Shown here: one piece after another, positions 41,244 through 50,662 of the stretch | How positions within the stretch are numbered: the first letter of the stretch is position 1 | How the letters are laid out: every line of letters begins with the position of its first letter | Source: Candidatus Cloacimonadota bacterium | GTDB taxonomy: Bacteria; Cloacimonadota; Cloacimonadia; G963667145 | Length of the DNA stretch: 64,000 bases | Direction: 5' to 3' | Assembly: GCA_963667255.1 (NCBI GenBank) | Contig: OY762940.1 | Span: 1,056,001-1,120,000 of the forward strand | Program-made: the position numbers and the translations under genes | Notes under the pieces: model-generated | Databases searched by the model: none | What the model saw: only the letters and a program-made list of their open reading frames with translations | Told to the model about the DNA's origin: nothing

Positions 41244-41464
41244 GTATAACCCTCAAACTTTTTGCATATTTCAGGGATAATAGAGGCGAAGTTTTGCAAA
41301 TAGAATTCAGCGAAGGAATGCGACCTTCGGACTTGTGTAAGAAAATAAAGCTCGATTTAGACGAAGTCTCCATTCTTTTGGTAAATGGTGTCTATACCAA
41401 AGAAGACCCGATACTTAAAGATGGAGATTTGGTTTCTATGTTCCCCGCTGTTGGTGGCGGTTAG
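41240..41464 (+). CDS. moaD: MoaD/ThiS sulfur carrier protein
   Basis: ATGA overlap; KLFA..., LVNG, LKDGD, C-terminal PAVGGG. Confidence 0.9.
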   Translation: MSITLKLFAYFRDNRGEVLQIEFSEGMRPSDLCKKIKLDLDEVSILLVNGVYTKEDPILKDGDLVSMFPAVGGG

Positions 41465-41477
41465 GAAAATTTATTTG

Positions 41478-42128
41478 CTACTCTTCTTCCAAATCTATTT
41501 CAATTTTTAAAGATTTTATCTCGTCAATTTTCTTCAAGTTTTTGGCATAAGCCAAAATCACATCGGCAAAAGTTTTGCTGACATAGTCAATCATCGGCAC
41601 GACTTTTCCGTTGACACTCAAAGAGATTTTCATCTTGCTTTCTCTGTTGCCTTTGCACATCATTTTGAATATTTTCTCCGAATTTTTTGTGGCATCTATC
41701 AATTTATAGTTCCCAATCTCTTGTTTTCCACTTTGTGAGCAAACTCCCGAATAACACACAATATTGCTAAAATCAATATCTTTCAAATCGGCTTCATCTT
41801 TTAGGCAAACCACTTTTTCATAATCAGAATCTTTAAAACCTTCTAAAATCAAAAAATCTGTTTTAGCTTCGTTTACGATTTTTGATAAAGACTTTTCCTC
41901 ATTGCTTACCGAAAAACAGATTTTGGGACTGCTCCCGATTACTTTGTCCGCACCTGCTTTGAGAGCTTTATCTGTATCCGTATTTTCTTCATCAAAAGTT
42001 ATATTTTCGCAATGAATATCTTTGGCATAAGTGACCGAAAATCCTTTATTTTTCAGATTTTTAATCAAGTTGATGGAAGTTGTCGTTTTACCCGATTTAC
42101 TAAACCCGCAAACATTGATAATTTTCAT
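41478..42128 (-). CDS. mobB: MobB-like molybdopterin dinucleotide biosynthesis GTPase with C-terminal extension
   Basis: GFSKSGKTT, KDIH, DTD, ILEGFK. Confidence 0.8.
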   Translation of the reverse strand: MKIINVCGFSKSGKTTTSINLIKNLKNKGFSVTYAKDIHCENITFDEENTDTDKALKAGADKVIGSSPKICFSVSNEEKSLSKIVNEAKTDFLILEGFKDSDYEKVVCLKDEADLKDIDFSNIVCYSGVCSQSGKQEIGNYKLIDATKNSEKIFKMMCKGNRESKMKISLSVNGKVVPMIDYVSKTFADVILAYAKNLKKIDEIKSLKIEIDLEEE

Positions 42129-42279
42129 AATTTTATTCCTTTTATTCTTTGTTTAAATTCAGATTATCTCATTCAATTTCGTGAAAATACAAATTGTTTT
42201 TTCTATTATAAAAATGTAAATTTATTTCTTGACTTTAATTAGATTTTACTTGTAATTAGTTCGTTTGGGGGTCAGGTCA

Positions 42280-43440
42280 ATGAATAGAAAAATCGCTTTG
42301 GAAATTTTATTGCAAAAAGTTTCCGCTTTAAATTCTTTTAAAATTAATGTCTCAAAAAGCGAAAATTGTGTTCTTGCTTCTCCCGTTTTTTCTCAAATAG
42401 ATTTACCTTCTTTTGATAAATCCGCCATGGACGGCTTTGCCATTTGTGAAGATGAAACTCAAGAAACTTTGCAAGTGGTTGATTTTACAGCTGCTGGCGA
42501 ATCTCCTTCCTCAAAACTTAGCAAAGGGAAAGCGGTTAAAATTTTGACTGGAGCACCTGTTCCTAAAAATGCTTGGAAAATTATTCCCAAAGAATTGGTT
42601 AGTGAAAATGAGAATACTATTGTTCTTAATTGTCAGCTTAAGGAAGCTCCAAACAATATTTGCTCAAAAGGCGAGGATATCCCCCAAGGGCAACTTTTGT
42701 ATCCCAAGGGGACTTTGATTGATATCCGAAAAAAAGCGACTTTGGTTTTTGCAGGAGTAAATGAGGTTGAGGTTTTTTCCAAGCCGAGAATATCGGTGAT
42801 TACCACAGGAAGCGAGGTAGTTTCCTTTGGCGATAAAAGAGGCAAATACCAAGTTTATAATGCCAATGCAGAGTTGCTTTTCGGACTTTTAAATAAAGAG
42901 TTGGACACGGCAGATTTTTCGCATGTTGCCGACGAATACTCTTTGGTGGAAGCGGAATTTAATCAAAAATTTGAGAAGTCCGATTTGTTGATTTTTACCG
43001 GTGGAGCTTCCGTAGGCAAATTTGATTATGTGAAAAAAATGCTGAAATCTTTGGGAGCGGAGGAACTTTTTTCTGGTTTGTCCATCAGACCCGCACGACC
43101 TACAGCTTGCTATTTGTTTAAGGGCAAATTGATTTTTTCGCTTCCGGGTAATCCTGTGGCGGTTTTTTTGGCTTACCATTTGTTTGTTTTGCCTGTGATT
43201 TACAAAATGCAGTCCAAAGTTTGTAATTTATTTAGAGAAGTAGAAATTACTGGAAAATTACAAGTTAGATTAAAAGACAGAGAAAATTTTGTTCCGATAA
43301 AATATAATGACAAAAAAATCGAAATTCTTGATTATAACGGACCTGCGGATTTATATCATATCTCACTTGCAGATGGGTTTTTAGTCGTTCCGCCGGAAAC
43401 AAAAATTGTAGAAGGCAAAGCGAAAGTTTTGCTCTTTTAA
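42280..43440 (+). CDS. moeA: Molybdopterin molybdo/tungsto-transferase
   Basis: PSFDKSAMDGFA, TGAPVP, TGSE, TGGASVG, LPGNP. Confidence 0.93.
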   Translation: MNRKIALEILLQKVSALNSFKINVSKSENCVLASPVFSQIDLPSFDKSAMDGFAICEDETQETLQVVDFTAAGESPSSKLSKGKAVKILTGAPVPKNAWKIIPKELVSENENTIVLNCQLKEAPNNICSKGEDIPQGQLLYPKGTLIDIRKKATLVFAGVNEVEVFSKPRISVITTGSEVVSFGDKRGKYQVYNANAELLFGLLNKELDTADFSHVADEYSLVEAEFNQKFEKSDLLIFTGGASVGKFDYVKKMLKSLGAEELFSGLSIRPARPTACYLFKGKLIFSLPGNPVAVFLAYHLFVLPVIYKMQSKVCNLFREVEITGKLQVRLKDRENFVPIKYNDKKIEILDYNGPADLYHISLADGFLVVPPETKIVEGKAKVLLF

Positions 43441-43464
43441 AATAACAAAAAAATTAAGGAGGAC

Positions 43465-44412
43465 ATGATTATGTTCAAAAAATTGAAATTAGTGGCTTTG
43501 ATTTGCATTTTTGCTTTTTCGTCTCTTTTGGCTAAAGAAAGTAAGTTGGTAATTTTCCATGCGGGGAGTTTGGCTATTCCTTTGCAAAAAATGAGCGAGG
43601 CTTTTAACGAGAAGTATCCAGATGTGCAAATAATGAGAGAAGCAGCCGGTTCTCGTGTATGTGCAAGAAAAATCAGTGAGTTGAATAAAAAAGCCGATAT
43701 TATGTTTTCTGCTGATTATACGGTAATTGATGAACTTTTGATTCCTAAGTTTGCCGATTGGAACATTCATTTTGTAACCAACGAAATGGCTATTATGTTT
43801 GGTCATAATGCAAAATATGCCGATGAGATTACTGTTGAAAATTGGCCTGAAATTTTACTTCGCAAAGATGTAACTTACGGACATTCAGACCCTAATGCTG
43901 ACCCATGTGGCTATAGAAGTCAACTTGTTTGGCAATTGGCTGAAAAGTATTACAAATTACCTGGTTTGTATGAAAAATTGAGAGAAAACAATCCTATCGT
44001 GAGACCAAAAGAGACTGACTTGGTGGCTTTGTTGGAAGCCGGAACTCTTAACTATTTGTTTATCTATCGTTCTGTTGCTCAGCAACATGGAGCTAAATAT
44101 TTGGTATTGCCTGATGAAATAAATTTGAAGACTGCCAAATTTGCTGATTTTTACAAACAAGCTACTTTTGATATTAGCGGCAAAAAGCCTGGGGAGTTCA
44201 TTACCAAAAAAGGTGCTCCAATGGTTTATGGATTGACTATTCCTAACAATGCGGTAAACAAAAAAATGGCTGAAAAGTTTGTAGCTTTTGTTTTGAGTGA
44301 AGAGGGAAGAAAAATTATGGAAGATTGTGGTCAACCTGCTATCGTTCCGGCAAAGATTACCGGCAAAGAAAAATCACTTCCTTCTTCTATAAAAAAATTT
44401 GTAAAAGAGTAA
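43465..44412 (+). CDS. wtpA: Tungstate ABC transporter substrate-binding protein
   Basis: FHAGSL, EAAGS, SADY, SDPNADPCGYR, RPKETDL, IYRS. Confidence 0.92.
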   Translation: MIMFKKLKLVALICIFAFSSLLAKESKLVIFHAGSLAIPLQKMSEAFNEKYPDVQIMREAAGSRVCARKISELNKKADIMFSADYTVIDELLIPKFADWNIHFVTNEMAIMFGHNAKYADEITVENWPEILLRKDVTYGHSDPNADPCGYRSQLVWQLAEKYYKLPGLYEKLRENNPIVRPKETDLVALLEAGTLNYLFIYRSVAQQHGAKYLVLPDEINLKTAKFADFYKQATFDISGKKPGEFITKKGAPMVYGLTIPNNAVNKKMAEKFVAFVLSEEGRKIMEDCGQPAIVPAKITGKEKSLPSSIKKFVKE

Positions 44413-44427
44413 AAACAGGAAAATCAA

Positions 44428-45198
44428 GTGAAAAAAGTTTTTATTGCTTTGGGTGCGATAATCATCTTTATGATTGTTTTTCCGATTATAAAGATTTTTT
44501 GGGGAATTGACCTTACTATTCTTAGCGATACTTTGAGAGATTCTGTGGTTTTTTCGGCAGTTTTTACTTCTTTGGAATGTTCGCTCTATGCCACACTTGC
44601 AGGATTTCTTCTGGGAATTCCGCTTGCTTACATTATCGCCAGACACAATTTTTATGGTAAAGAACTGGTTTCTTCAATTATAAATATCCCTATCGTCGTG
44701 CCACATTCGGCGGCAGGGATAGCTCTTTTGTCGGCTTTTGCTTCTCATACTTTTTTGGGGAAAGGGCTTGCCGCACTTGGACTTACCATCATCGATACCA
44801 AGCTTGGTATAAGTTTGGGGATGTTTTTTTTGAGTGTGCCTTTTCTCATCAATCAAAGTATTGGGGGGTTTCTAAGCTATGACGAGAGAATAGAAAAATC
44901 TGCTAGAGTTTTAGGAGCTGGTTTTAGCAGAACTTTTTTTACCATCAGTTTGCCACTTGCTCGGCACGGCATCATCAAAGGTTTCATCATGATGTGGGCA
45001 AGAGGTATTTCGGAGTTCGGAGCTGTGGTCATTTTGGCTTATCATCCGCTTACAGCTTCCGTTTTGATTTTTGAAAGATTTGGAGCTTTCGGCTTGAGAT
45101 ATTCCAAGCCGATTGCTTCTTTATTAATTTTAATCTGCCTGTTCATTTTTATGGTAGTGCAATTGATTTCCAATGTTAAAAATAAATCAGATAACTAA
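44428..45198 (+). CDS. wtpB: Tungstate ABC transporter permease
   Basis: PIVVPHSAAGIAL, WARGISEFGAVVILAYHP. Confidence 0.9.
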   Translation: MKKVFIALGAIIIFMIVFPIIKIFWGIDLTILSDTLRDSVVFSAVFTSLECSLYATLAGFLLGIPLAYIIARHNFYGKELVSSIINIPIVVPHSAAGIALLSAFASHTFLGKGLAALGLTIIDTKLGISLGMFFLSVPFLINQSIGGFLSYDERIEKSARVLGAGFSRTFFTISLPLARHGIIKGFIMMWARGISEFGAVVILAYHPLTASVLIFERFGAFGLRYSKPIASLLILICLFIFMVVQLISNVKNKSDN

Positions 45199-46201
45199 AA
45201 AATTTTCCCAATTTACTCTAAACGAGATAAATTTTACCATTAATAAGGGCGAATGCACCGCAATTTTGGGTCCGTCAGGTTCGGGCAAAACTATTTTGAT
45301 GGAGACGATTGTCGGCATTCACAAGCAAACTTCGGGGCAACTATTCCTAAACGGCAAAGAGATTAGCCATACCAAGCCCGAAAATCGCGATATTTCGCTT
45401 TTGTATCAAAATTATATGCTTTTCCCACATCTCAATGTTTACGAAAATATAGCTTTCCCGCTAAAATTACGAAAAATTCCTGAAATTCCGCAAAAGATAA
45501 GCAAAATTGCTCATTTATTGAAGATTGAACATCTTTTGAAAAGGTCGGTTCATAACCTTTCTGGTGGAGAAAAACAGCGGGTCGCTCTTGCCAGAGCCAT
45601 TATTTTTGAACCGCAAGTTCTTCTTTTGGACGAGCCAACTTCGGCGATTGACACTCATATGAAGCGAAAAGTTCGCAAGCTAATTCGGGAAATTCACAAA
45701 AGTCTCAATCTGACTATTCTCTTGGTCACTCATTCCATTGAGGAGGCTATCTATTTGGCGGATTCTTTTGTCTTCCTAAAAGATGGTCAGCAATTACAAC
45801 AAGGCAAAAAGTTTGAAGTTTTCAACAATCCCCAAAATCGTTATATCGCCAATTTTCTCGGCTATGACAATGTTTTTGAAGGAGAGGTTGAAGACGGCAA
45901 ATTTGCTATCAAAAACACCAATCTCAAAATATCTTTTTTTAAAGAAGAGATTCCCAAGTGTATTCATGTTTCGCCCGACAATATCATCATTTCCAAGGAA
46001 AAGCCCGAGAGTTCGGCAGTGAATGTTTTTGAAGGAACATTGCAAGATTTTGCTTTCAAAGGCAGTTTCTATCAATTGTTTTTCGACATCGGAGTGGAAA
46101 TTTTGGTAAATATCACAGATGCCTCATTCGAAAATCTCCAACCAAAACTCGGCACCAAATTTTATCTATCATTCAAAGAAAGAGGAGTGAAGGGGTTTTA
46201 G
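45173..46201 (+). CDS. wtpC: Tungstate ABC transporter ATP-binding protein
   Basis: GPSGSGKT, LSGGEKQR, LLLDEP, C-terminal TOBE-like region. Confidence 0.9.
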   Translation: MLKINQITKKFSQFTLNEINFTINKGECTAILGPSGSGKTILMETIVGIHKQTSGQLFLNGKEISHTKPENRDISLLYQNYMLFPHLNVYENIAFPLKLRKIPEIPQKISKIAHLLKIEHLLKRSVHNLSGGEKQRVALARAIIFEPQVLLLDEPTSAIDTHMKRKVRKLIREIHKSLNLTILLVTHSIEEAIYLADSFVFLKDGQQLQQGKKFEVFNNPQNRYIANFLGYDNVFEGEVEDGKFAIKNTNLKISFFKEEIPKCIHVSPDNIIISKEKPESSAVNVFEGTLQDFAFKGSFYQLFFDIGVEILVNITDASFENLQPKLGTKFYLSFKERGVKGF

Positions 46202-46218
46202 GAAATAAAATAATTTAA

Positions 46219-46955
46219 GGTTCAAGATAACTTGACAAGTGAATTATACTAGTTAAGTTGTTGATATGCCAATAAGAAACAAGTACGTAAAAAACTCCAA
46301 AATTTCTGAAGAAAAATTTAGAGAAATAATTAAGTTTTTTTCTTTGGATATTGAGGCTAGTAAAATAGCACTTTTGACCAAAATTAGTAGAAAAACAGTT
46401 AACAATTATTTACTTAAAATTAGAGAGAGAATTGCTGAATTTTGTTGTGAGGATTCTCATCTTTCTGGAATAATTGAAGTTGATGAATCTTACTTTGGAG
46501 CGAAAAGAGTTAAGGGGAAACGAGGACGAGGTGCTGGAGGTAAAATTAAAGTTTTCTGATTGCTCAAAAGAGGCGACAAAGTTTACACTCAAATGGTTGA
46601 TAATTGTAGCAGAAAGACATTACAAGCGATAATAAAAGAAAGGATAGAAAAGGGTAGTGAAATTCACTCTGATGGATGGAAAGCTTATAATGGATTGGTT
46701 GATTTAGGATACCAAAAACACTATAGAGTTGACCATTCGAGCAATGAATTTGCCAATAAAAATGGACATATTAATGGGATTGAGAACTTTTGGGGAATAG
46801 CAAAATTGAGACTAACAAAATTTAAAGGAATTCATAAAAATATGTTCTATTTACACTTAAAAGAATGTGAATTTAGGTTTAATCATAGAAAGCAAAATTT
46901 ATATAAAATTTTGCTAAAAATGTTCCGAAATAATCCGCTCAAGTTATCTTGAACC
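46219..46955 (+). mobile_element. IS1595 family (IS1016-group-like) insertion sequence, 737 bp
   Basis: Perfect 17-bp TIRs GGTTCAAGATAACTTGA (46219-46235 / 46939-46955); 8-bp direct repeat TAATTTAA at 46211-46218 and 46956-46963. Confidence 0.93.
46266..46952 (+). pseudogene. IS1595 family transposase interrupted by an in-frame TGA
   Basis: EVDESYFG, GKRGRGA, HSDGW, HINGIENFW; ORFs 46266..46559 and 46560..46952 share one frame, separated only by TGA in KVF*LLKR. Confidence 0.88.
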
Positions 46956-47039
46956 TAATTTAAATATTTTGAATTGACAGATTTTAATTTAAAGTGTTTA
47001 TAGGTATTTGTTTTTTCCAAAATTTTAATTGAGGTTTAG

Positions 47040-49283
47040 ATGAGTATAGAACAAAGTATAATTTCTAGGCGAGAAAGTGATAAGAAAGTTGAAACCCAAC
47101 AATGGTTTCAAAAACTTATACAAACAAGCGAATATGTTGGTGATTTGTATTCTATCAACTATGAAACCGCAAGAGTAATAATTCATGATTTCTATAGAGA
47201 GAAAGTCGGAGGAATTCCAAGCTTAAGTTTTTTAATTGCCTCAAGAGTTGACCCCAATAATTCAGAAATTGATTTTAAAACAGAGGATGCATCATTTATT
47301 CTTTTAAGAGTAATGGATGCTATAGCGCTTCCGCAGGATAGAGAGGCAGAAAGAATTAGAGTTGAAACAGCACAAAGAATAAGTGGTGAAACTGAAAAAA
47401 ATTGGGATGAAGCAGGTTCAATGGATTTAAGAACAAAAAATCTGTTAAGTTTTGCTGGTGTTCAGTGCAGAATAATTGGAACATTTTATCTCGAAGAAAA
47501 TGGAGAAAATGGAGAAGCACCACTTAATTTAAAATTTGGTAGTGATATTTCAAATTATTATCCAAACAGAGGATTAAAAGTTTATAAACCAAACGGGAAG
47601 GCTCTTGAGTTAATAGTAAATTATTCTGATCCTTCAAATATTCAAGCACACATTGAAAAATATGGAAACACAGAAAATGTAAAATTGGGTTTTGTAAGAT
47701 ATGCTTCAACAAATAGAAAATATCAACAAATTAGTGATGTCCCTGTTTATATTTATCCAGCAGACCTTCTATCTCAAAAATCTGCCTTGTTTGGAATGAC
47801 AAGGACAGGAAAATCCAATACGACTAAAATAATTGCAAAATCTGTTTTTGAATTACGAAATGCACAACGGTCTGGAGAAAATCCATTAAGAATTGGACAA
47901 ATAATTTTTGATCCCAACGGTGAATATGCCAATGAAAATGTTCAAGATAGGGACGGTAGCGGTAATCCAAATGCATTAAAAAATATTTGGCGAAAAGACG
48001 AAACTTTAAGAAATATTGCTGATAAGCTGAAACAACAATATATTCAAGAAACAGAAATCGAAGAAAAGAAAAGATTATGGAATGAAATAAAATCATTGGT
48101 TGAAACAGAGGTGGTTACATATGGTATTTTACCACATCCACTAGACCCATTTCGTAGATTAATGAAAATAAACTTTTATGAAGAAGACAATCTTCAAATA
48201 GGTAAAGAAATCATTGATTTTAAAATTGCGGAGCAGTCAGCTCAGTATATTAAAAATTTTCGACAAGTTGTTTTCAAAAGACCAGTAGAAGATGAATACG
48301 AGAATGAGGTTGAATTTAATGGACAATTAAGGCGTTTTGAGAGAAGAGTTCTTGTTTATTGTGCATTGCTAAATAAAGCAGGTTTTAATCCACCGTTTCG
48401 AACAGTTAATATTTCAAGAATGTTTAATGCTGACCTAAGAAATGCTATGATTAACTATTCTGAAAAAAAATTTACACGTAAACAAGGATTAATAAATGCA
48501 GCGGGTCAAACTCTGTCACAAACAAATGTAACCTGGGATAGTCTTGCACCTGCTTTTGAAGGTTTGTTCCATTTCCTTTCAACTGCTGATTACAATACAT
48601 TCAACCAAGATTACATAAATAATCATCGTGATGATGAGAATGAGGATGCTACAGGAGAAGGTTGGGCTGAAGCAGAACTTGAAAGTTTGTTGGAAATGTT
48701 TAATTATTCAAAAGCTATTAATCTAATTGGTGGTGTAAATACACAACATACAACATCAATAAGAACAGATTACGCCGAAGATATTTATAATGATTTAACT
48801 GAAGGGAAACTTGTTATTATTGACCAATCAAGTGGTGAGCCAGAACTAAACAAGTCTTCAGCAAATAGAATAATGTGGCATATTTTTAAAGCTAACCAAA
48901 GTGCATTTCGAGAGGGTGAGAAATTAATTCCCGAAATATTGGTTTATGTGGAGGAAGCTCATAATATATTACCAGCTGGTAATGATTTAGATTTAACCGA
49001 TGTTTGGGTTAGGACAGCAAAGGAAGGTTCAAAATATAGAATTGGGATGGTTTACGCAACCCAAGAAGTAAGTAGTATTCAAAGAAATATTTTAAAAAAT
49101 ACAGCGAATTGGTTTATAAGCCATTTAAACAATACTGATGAAACCAAAGAACTATGCAAGTACTATGATTTTGAAGACTTTGAGCCATCAATAAGGCGAG
49201 CACAGGATAAGGGTTTTTTAAGAGTTAAAACTTTAAGCAATCTGTTTGTAATTCCAGTTCAGGTTGACAAATTTGAAGTCTAA
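47040..49283 (+). CDS. HerA/DUF87-like ATPase (HerA/FtsK superfamily)
   Basis: Walker A GMTRTGKSNT, IFDPNGEY, Walker B VYVEEAHN, AKEGSKY, YATQ. Confidence 0.85.
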   Translation: MSIEQSIISRRESDKKVETQQWFQKLIQTSEYVGDLYSINYETARVIIHDFYREKVGGIPSLSFLIASRVDPNNSEIDFKTEDASFILLRVMDAIALPQDREAERIRVETAQRISGETEKNWDEAGSMDLRTKNLLSFAGVQCRIIGTFYLEENGENGEAPLNLKFGSDISNYYPNRGLKVYKPNGKALELIVNYSDPSNIQAHIEKYGNTENVKLGFVRYASTNRKYQQISDVPVYIYPADLLSQKSALFGMTRTGKSNTTKIIAKSVFELRNAQRSGENPLRIGQIIFDPNGEYANENVQDRDGSGNPNALKNIWRKDETLRNIADKLKQQYIQETEIEEKKRLWNEIKSLVETEVVTYGILPHPLDPFRRLMKINFYEEDNLQIGKEIIDFKIAEQSAQYIKNFRQVVFKRPVEDEYENEVEFNGQLRRFERRVLVYCALLNKAGFNPPFRTVNISRMFNADLRNAMINYSEKKFTRKQGLINAAGQTLSQTNVTWDSLAPAFEGLFHFLSTADYNTFNQDYINNHRDDENEDATGEGWAEAELESLLEMFNYSKAINLIGGVNTQHTTSIRTDYAEDIYNDLTEGKLVIIDQSSGEPELNKSSANRIMWHIFKANQSAFREGEKLIPEILVYVEEAHNILPAGNDLDLTDVWVRTAKEGSKYRIGMVYATQEVSSIQRNILKNTANWFISHLNNTDETKELCKYYDFEDFEPSIRRAQDKGFLRVKTLSNLFVIPVQVDKFEV

Positions 49284-49294
49284 ATTGAGTTAAT

Positions 49295-50662
49295 ATGGGG
49301 TTTGAAGGAGAATTTGCCAGTTATGAGCCATTAAGGCGAATGCTTGATAGTGATAAAGTTAAATCACTACAAGACAGACTGAAAATACGAAAACAAGAAG
49401 AAGAAACAGATACTTTCACTGGCTCAATTGTTAAAAAGTCAGACTTGACTGAAAGCTCAATACAACCTGATTTAGTTTTAGCAATTGATGGAAGCAATTT
49501 GGCGGCTAAAGCTGAAAGTGGATTTCCGGGTGCTGAATTTGGATATATTACAATAGCTTCTGTTTTAATAGATTTAAAACTTATTGATGATTTAGAAAAG
49601 AAACAGTTTATTGACCCCAAAAAGGTTAGAGAAACAGAAAAAGCATCGACAATAGAAAGTGTCTTCCCCGGTTGCAATGTAATTTTGGACACAGAAAAAA
49701 ATGCAAATGCTTCACTTCGAAGAGCATTATTTGAAGAATTAAAATGTAACACAATATTTGCTAACGGTGGAGAAACATTATTGGATACTTATGAATACCT
49801 CTTCAGAATAAAGAGAGAGCATTTCTCTGAAAGCCGTCTTCCAAGAAGCCCTATTGATGGTATTGATAAAGAAATGACTTATGGATACGATGAATATCCT
49901 TGTCCTCATTCAGGAGAGCCATTATATTCAACTGATGCTTTGCGTTTACATGAATTAATGAATCCTGGTGGTAGTAATGGTGAAATGTTTGGGCAAATAA
50001 TGTCAACTCTTGAAAAGGTATGGTTGGTTCATATACTCAGAGCATTTGAACAAAAAGAATGGTTATCAACCCTTCGGAGAGTAGCATTTATTATGGATGG
50101 ACCATTAGCTGTATTTAGTACTTCATCTTGGTTGACAAAAGTTATTAATTATGAATTAAATAGGCTAAATGAATTGCAGAAAGCAGTTAACGGTCAGGAT
50201 TTATTAATTATCGGTATTGAAAAATCAGGAACATTCGTAAATCATTTCGAAGAAATTGATACGACTAAAGATGGAGTTACAGATAAATTTCCAAAACAAT
50301 CAGCATTACTGCTTGACGATGGCTATATAAAAAGAAATATTATTTTTTCTGAAAGCATAAAACCATATGGTCAAGACACTTATTTTGGAAGAAAAATATT
50401 TTATAAAACTGCTTCTGGACAAAAAATAGTTCCAGTAATTGCATGTTATAATGACCAACAAAGAAATACCTCAACAGCAAATCCAAATCAATTTTCAAGG
50501 CTTTCAGATGTTATGAATTTGCTTGATAAATTGGTTTCAAGTAGATATCCAAATTCCGTTTCTCCTTTAGTATCTGCTCATGCAGAAGCAGCAATTCCTT
50601 TAAATTTAGGTAAACGGATATTTGAGGATATTGCAAGAGAAATAAGAGAAAAATCAAATTGA
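49295..50662 (+). CDS. NurA-like nuclease
   Basis: LAIDGS, FIMDGPL, IGIEKSG, C-terminal YP...L..AH motifs; adjacent to HerA. Confidence 0.75.
   Translation: MGFEGEFASYEPLRRMLDSDKVKSLQDRLKIRKQEEETDTFTGSIVKKSDLTESSIQPDLVLAIDGSNLAAKAESGFPGAEFGYITIASVLIDLKLIDDLEKKQFIDPKKVRETEKASTIESVFPGCNVILDTEKNANASLRRALFEELKCNTIFANGGETLLDTYEYLFRIKREHFSESRLPRSPIDGIDKEMTYGYDEYPCPHSGEPLYSTDALRLHELMNPGGSNGEMFGQIMSTLEKVWLVHILRAFEQKEWLSTLRRVAFIMDGPLAVFSTSSWLTKVINYELNRLNELQKAVNGQDLLIIGIEKSGTFVNHFEEIDTTKDGVTDKFPKQSALLLDDGYIKRNIIFSESIKPYGQDTYFGRKIFYKTASGQKIVPVIACYNDQQRNTSTANPNQFSRLSDVMNLLDKLVSSRYPNSVSPLVSAHAEAAIPLNLGKRIFEDIAREIREKSN

Noticed and set aside
46557..46559. Selenocysteine readthrough of the transposase TGA
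   Set aside because: The position corresponds to Gly, not Cys, and no SECIS-like hairpin is evident downstream.
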